A stretch of 64,000 bases of DNA from assembly GCA_964016885.1 (NCBI GenBank), contig OZ024743.1, forward strand, positions 272,056,001-272,120,000, given 5' to 3'. The stretch's first letter is position 1; every line of letters starts with the position of its first letter. The notes below the pieces were generated by a model. It was not told where the DNA came from. It was given only the letters and a program-made list of their open reading frames with translations, and did not search any database. Source of the DNA: Eledone cirrhosa (taxonomy: Eukaryota). Shown in pieces: positions 63,871 through 64,000 of the stretch. The translations under genes were made by a program, and so were the position numbers.

Positions 63871-64000
63871 TCATCATCATCATCATTTAATGTCTATTTT
63901 TCCATGCTTGCATGGGTTAGAGGGTTGTCACGTTATGAGACAAGTCAGGTCAGGTGACCAGATCTGTCTAGGTTTATATGGCTGGATGCCCTTCCAAATG
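63870..64000 (-). mobile_element. RTE 3' end (continues beyond the window)
   Basis: (CAT)n followed by TTTTCCATGCTTGCATGGGTTAG...GCTGGATGCCCTTCC. Confidence 0.8.

Overview
AT-rich, microsatellite- and transposon-dense animal DNA. The repeat content (RTE LINEs with (GAT)n tails, CORE-type tRNA-SINEs, long (TA)n/(CA)n tracts) suggests a coleoid cephalopod such as Octopus; this is inference. Two host genes diverge. One is a complete 7-exon WDR55 on + (22175-58939, about 447 aa, all splice phases consistent). The other is the first coding exon of a PGAP2/FRAG1-family gene on - (6283-6125), which the ORF track misses. Introns and the intergenic region hold one intact RTE LINE ORF (1039 aa), many decayed RTE copies, a CR1-type LINE, a Penelope-like relic, an Hsmar2-like mariner deletion derivative, a solo LTR, three SINE families and several fold-back elements. 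The most notable signal is two type I minimal hammerhead ribozyme motifs in ~100-bp direct repeats 322 nt apart (30519-30948, - strand), a retrozyme or Penelope pseudo-LTR-like unit. Also notable are a C4HC3 PHD-type zinc finger inside the RT domain of the RTE elements and a young SINE whose tail is a mosaic of two different RTE families.
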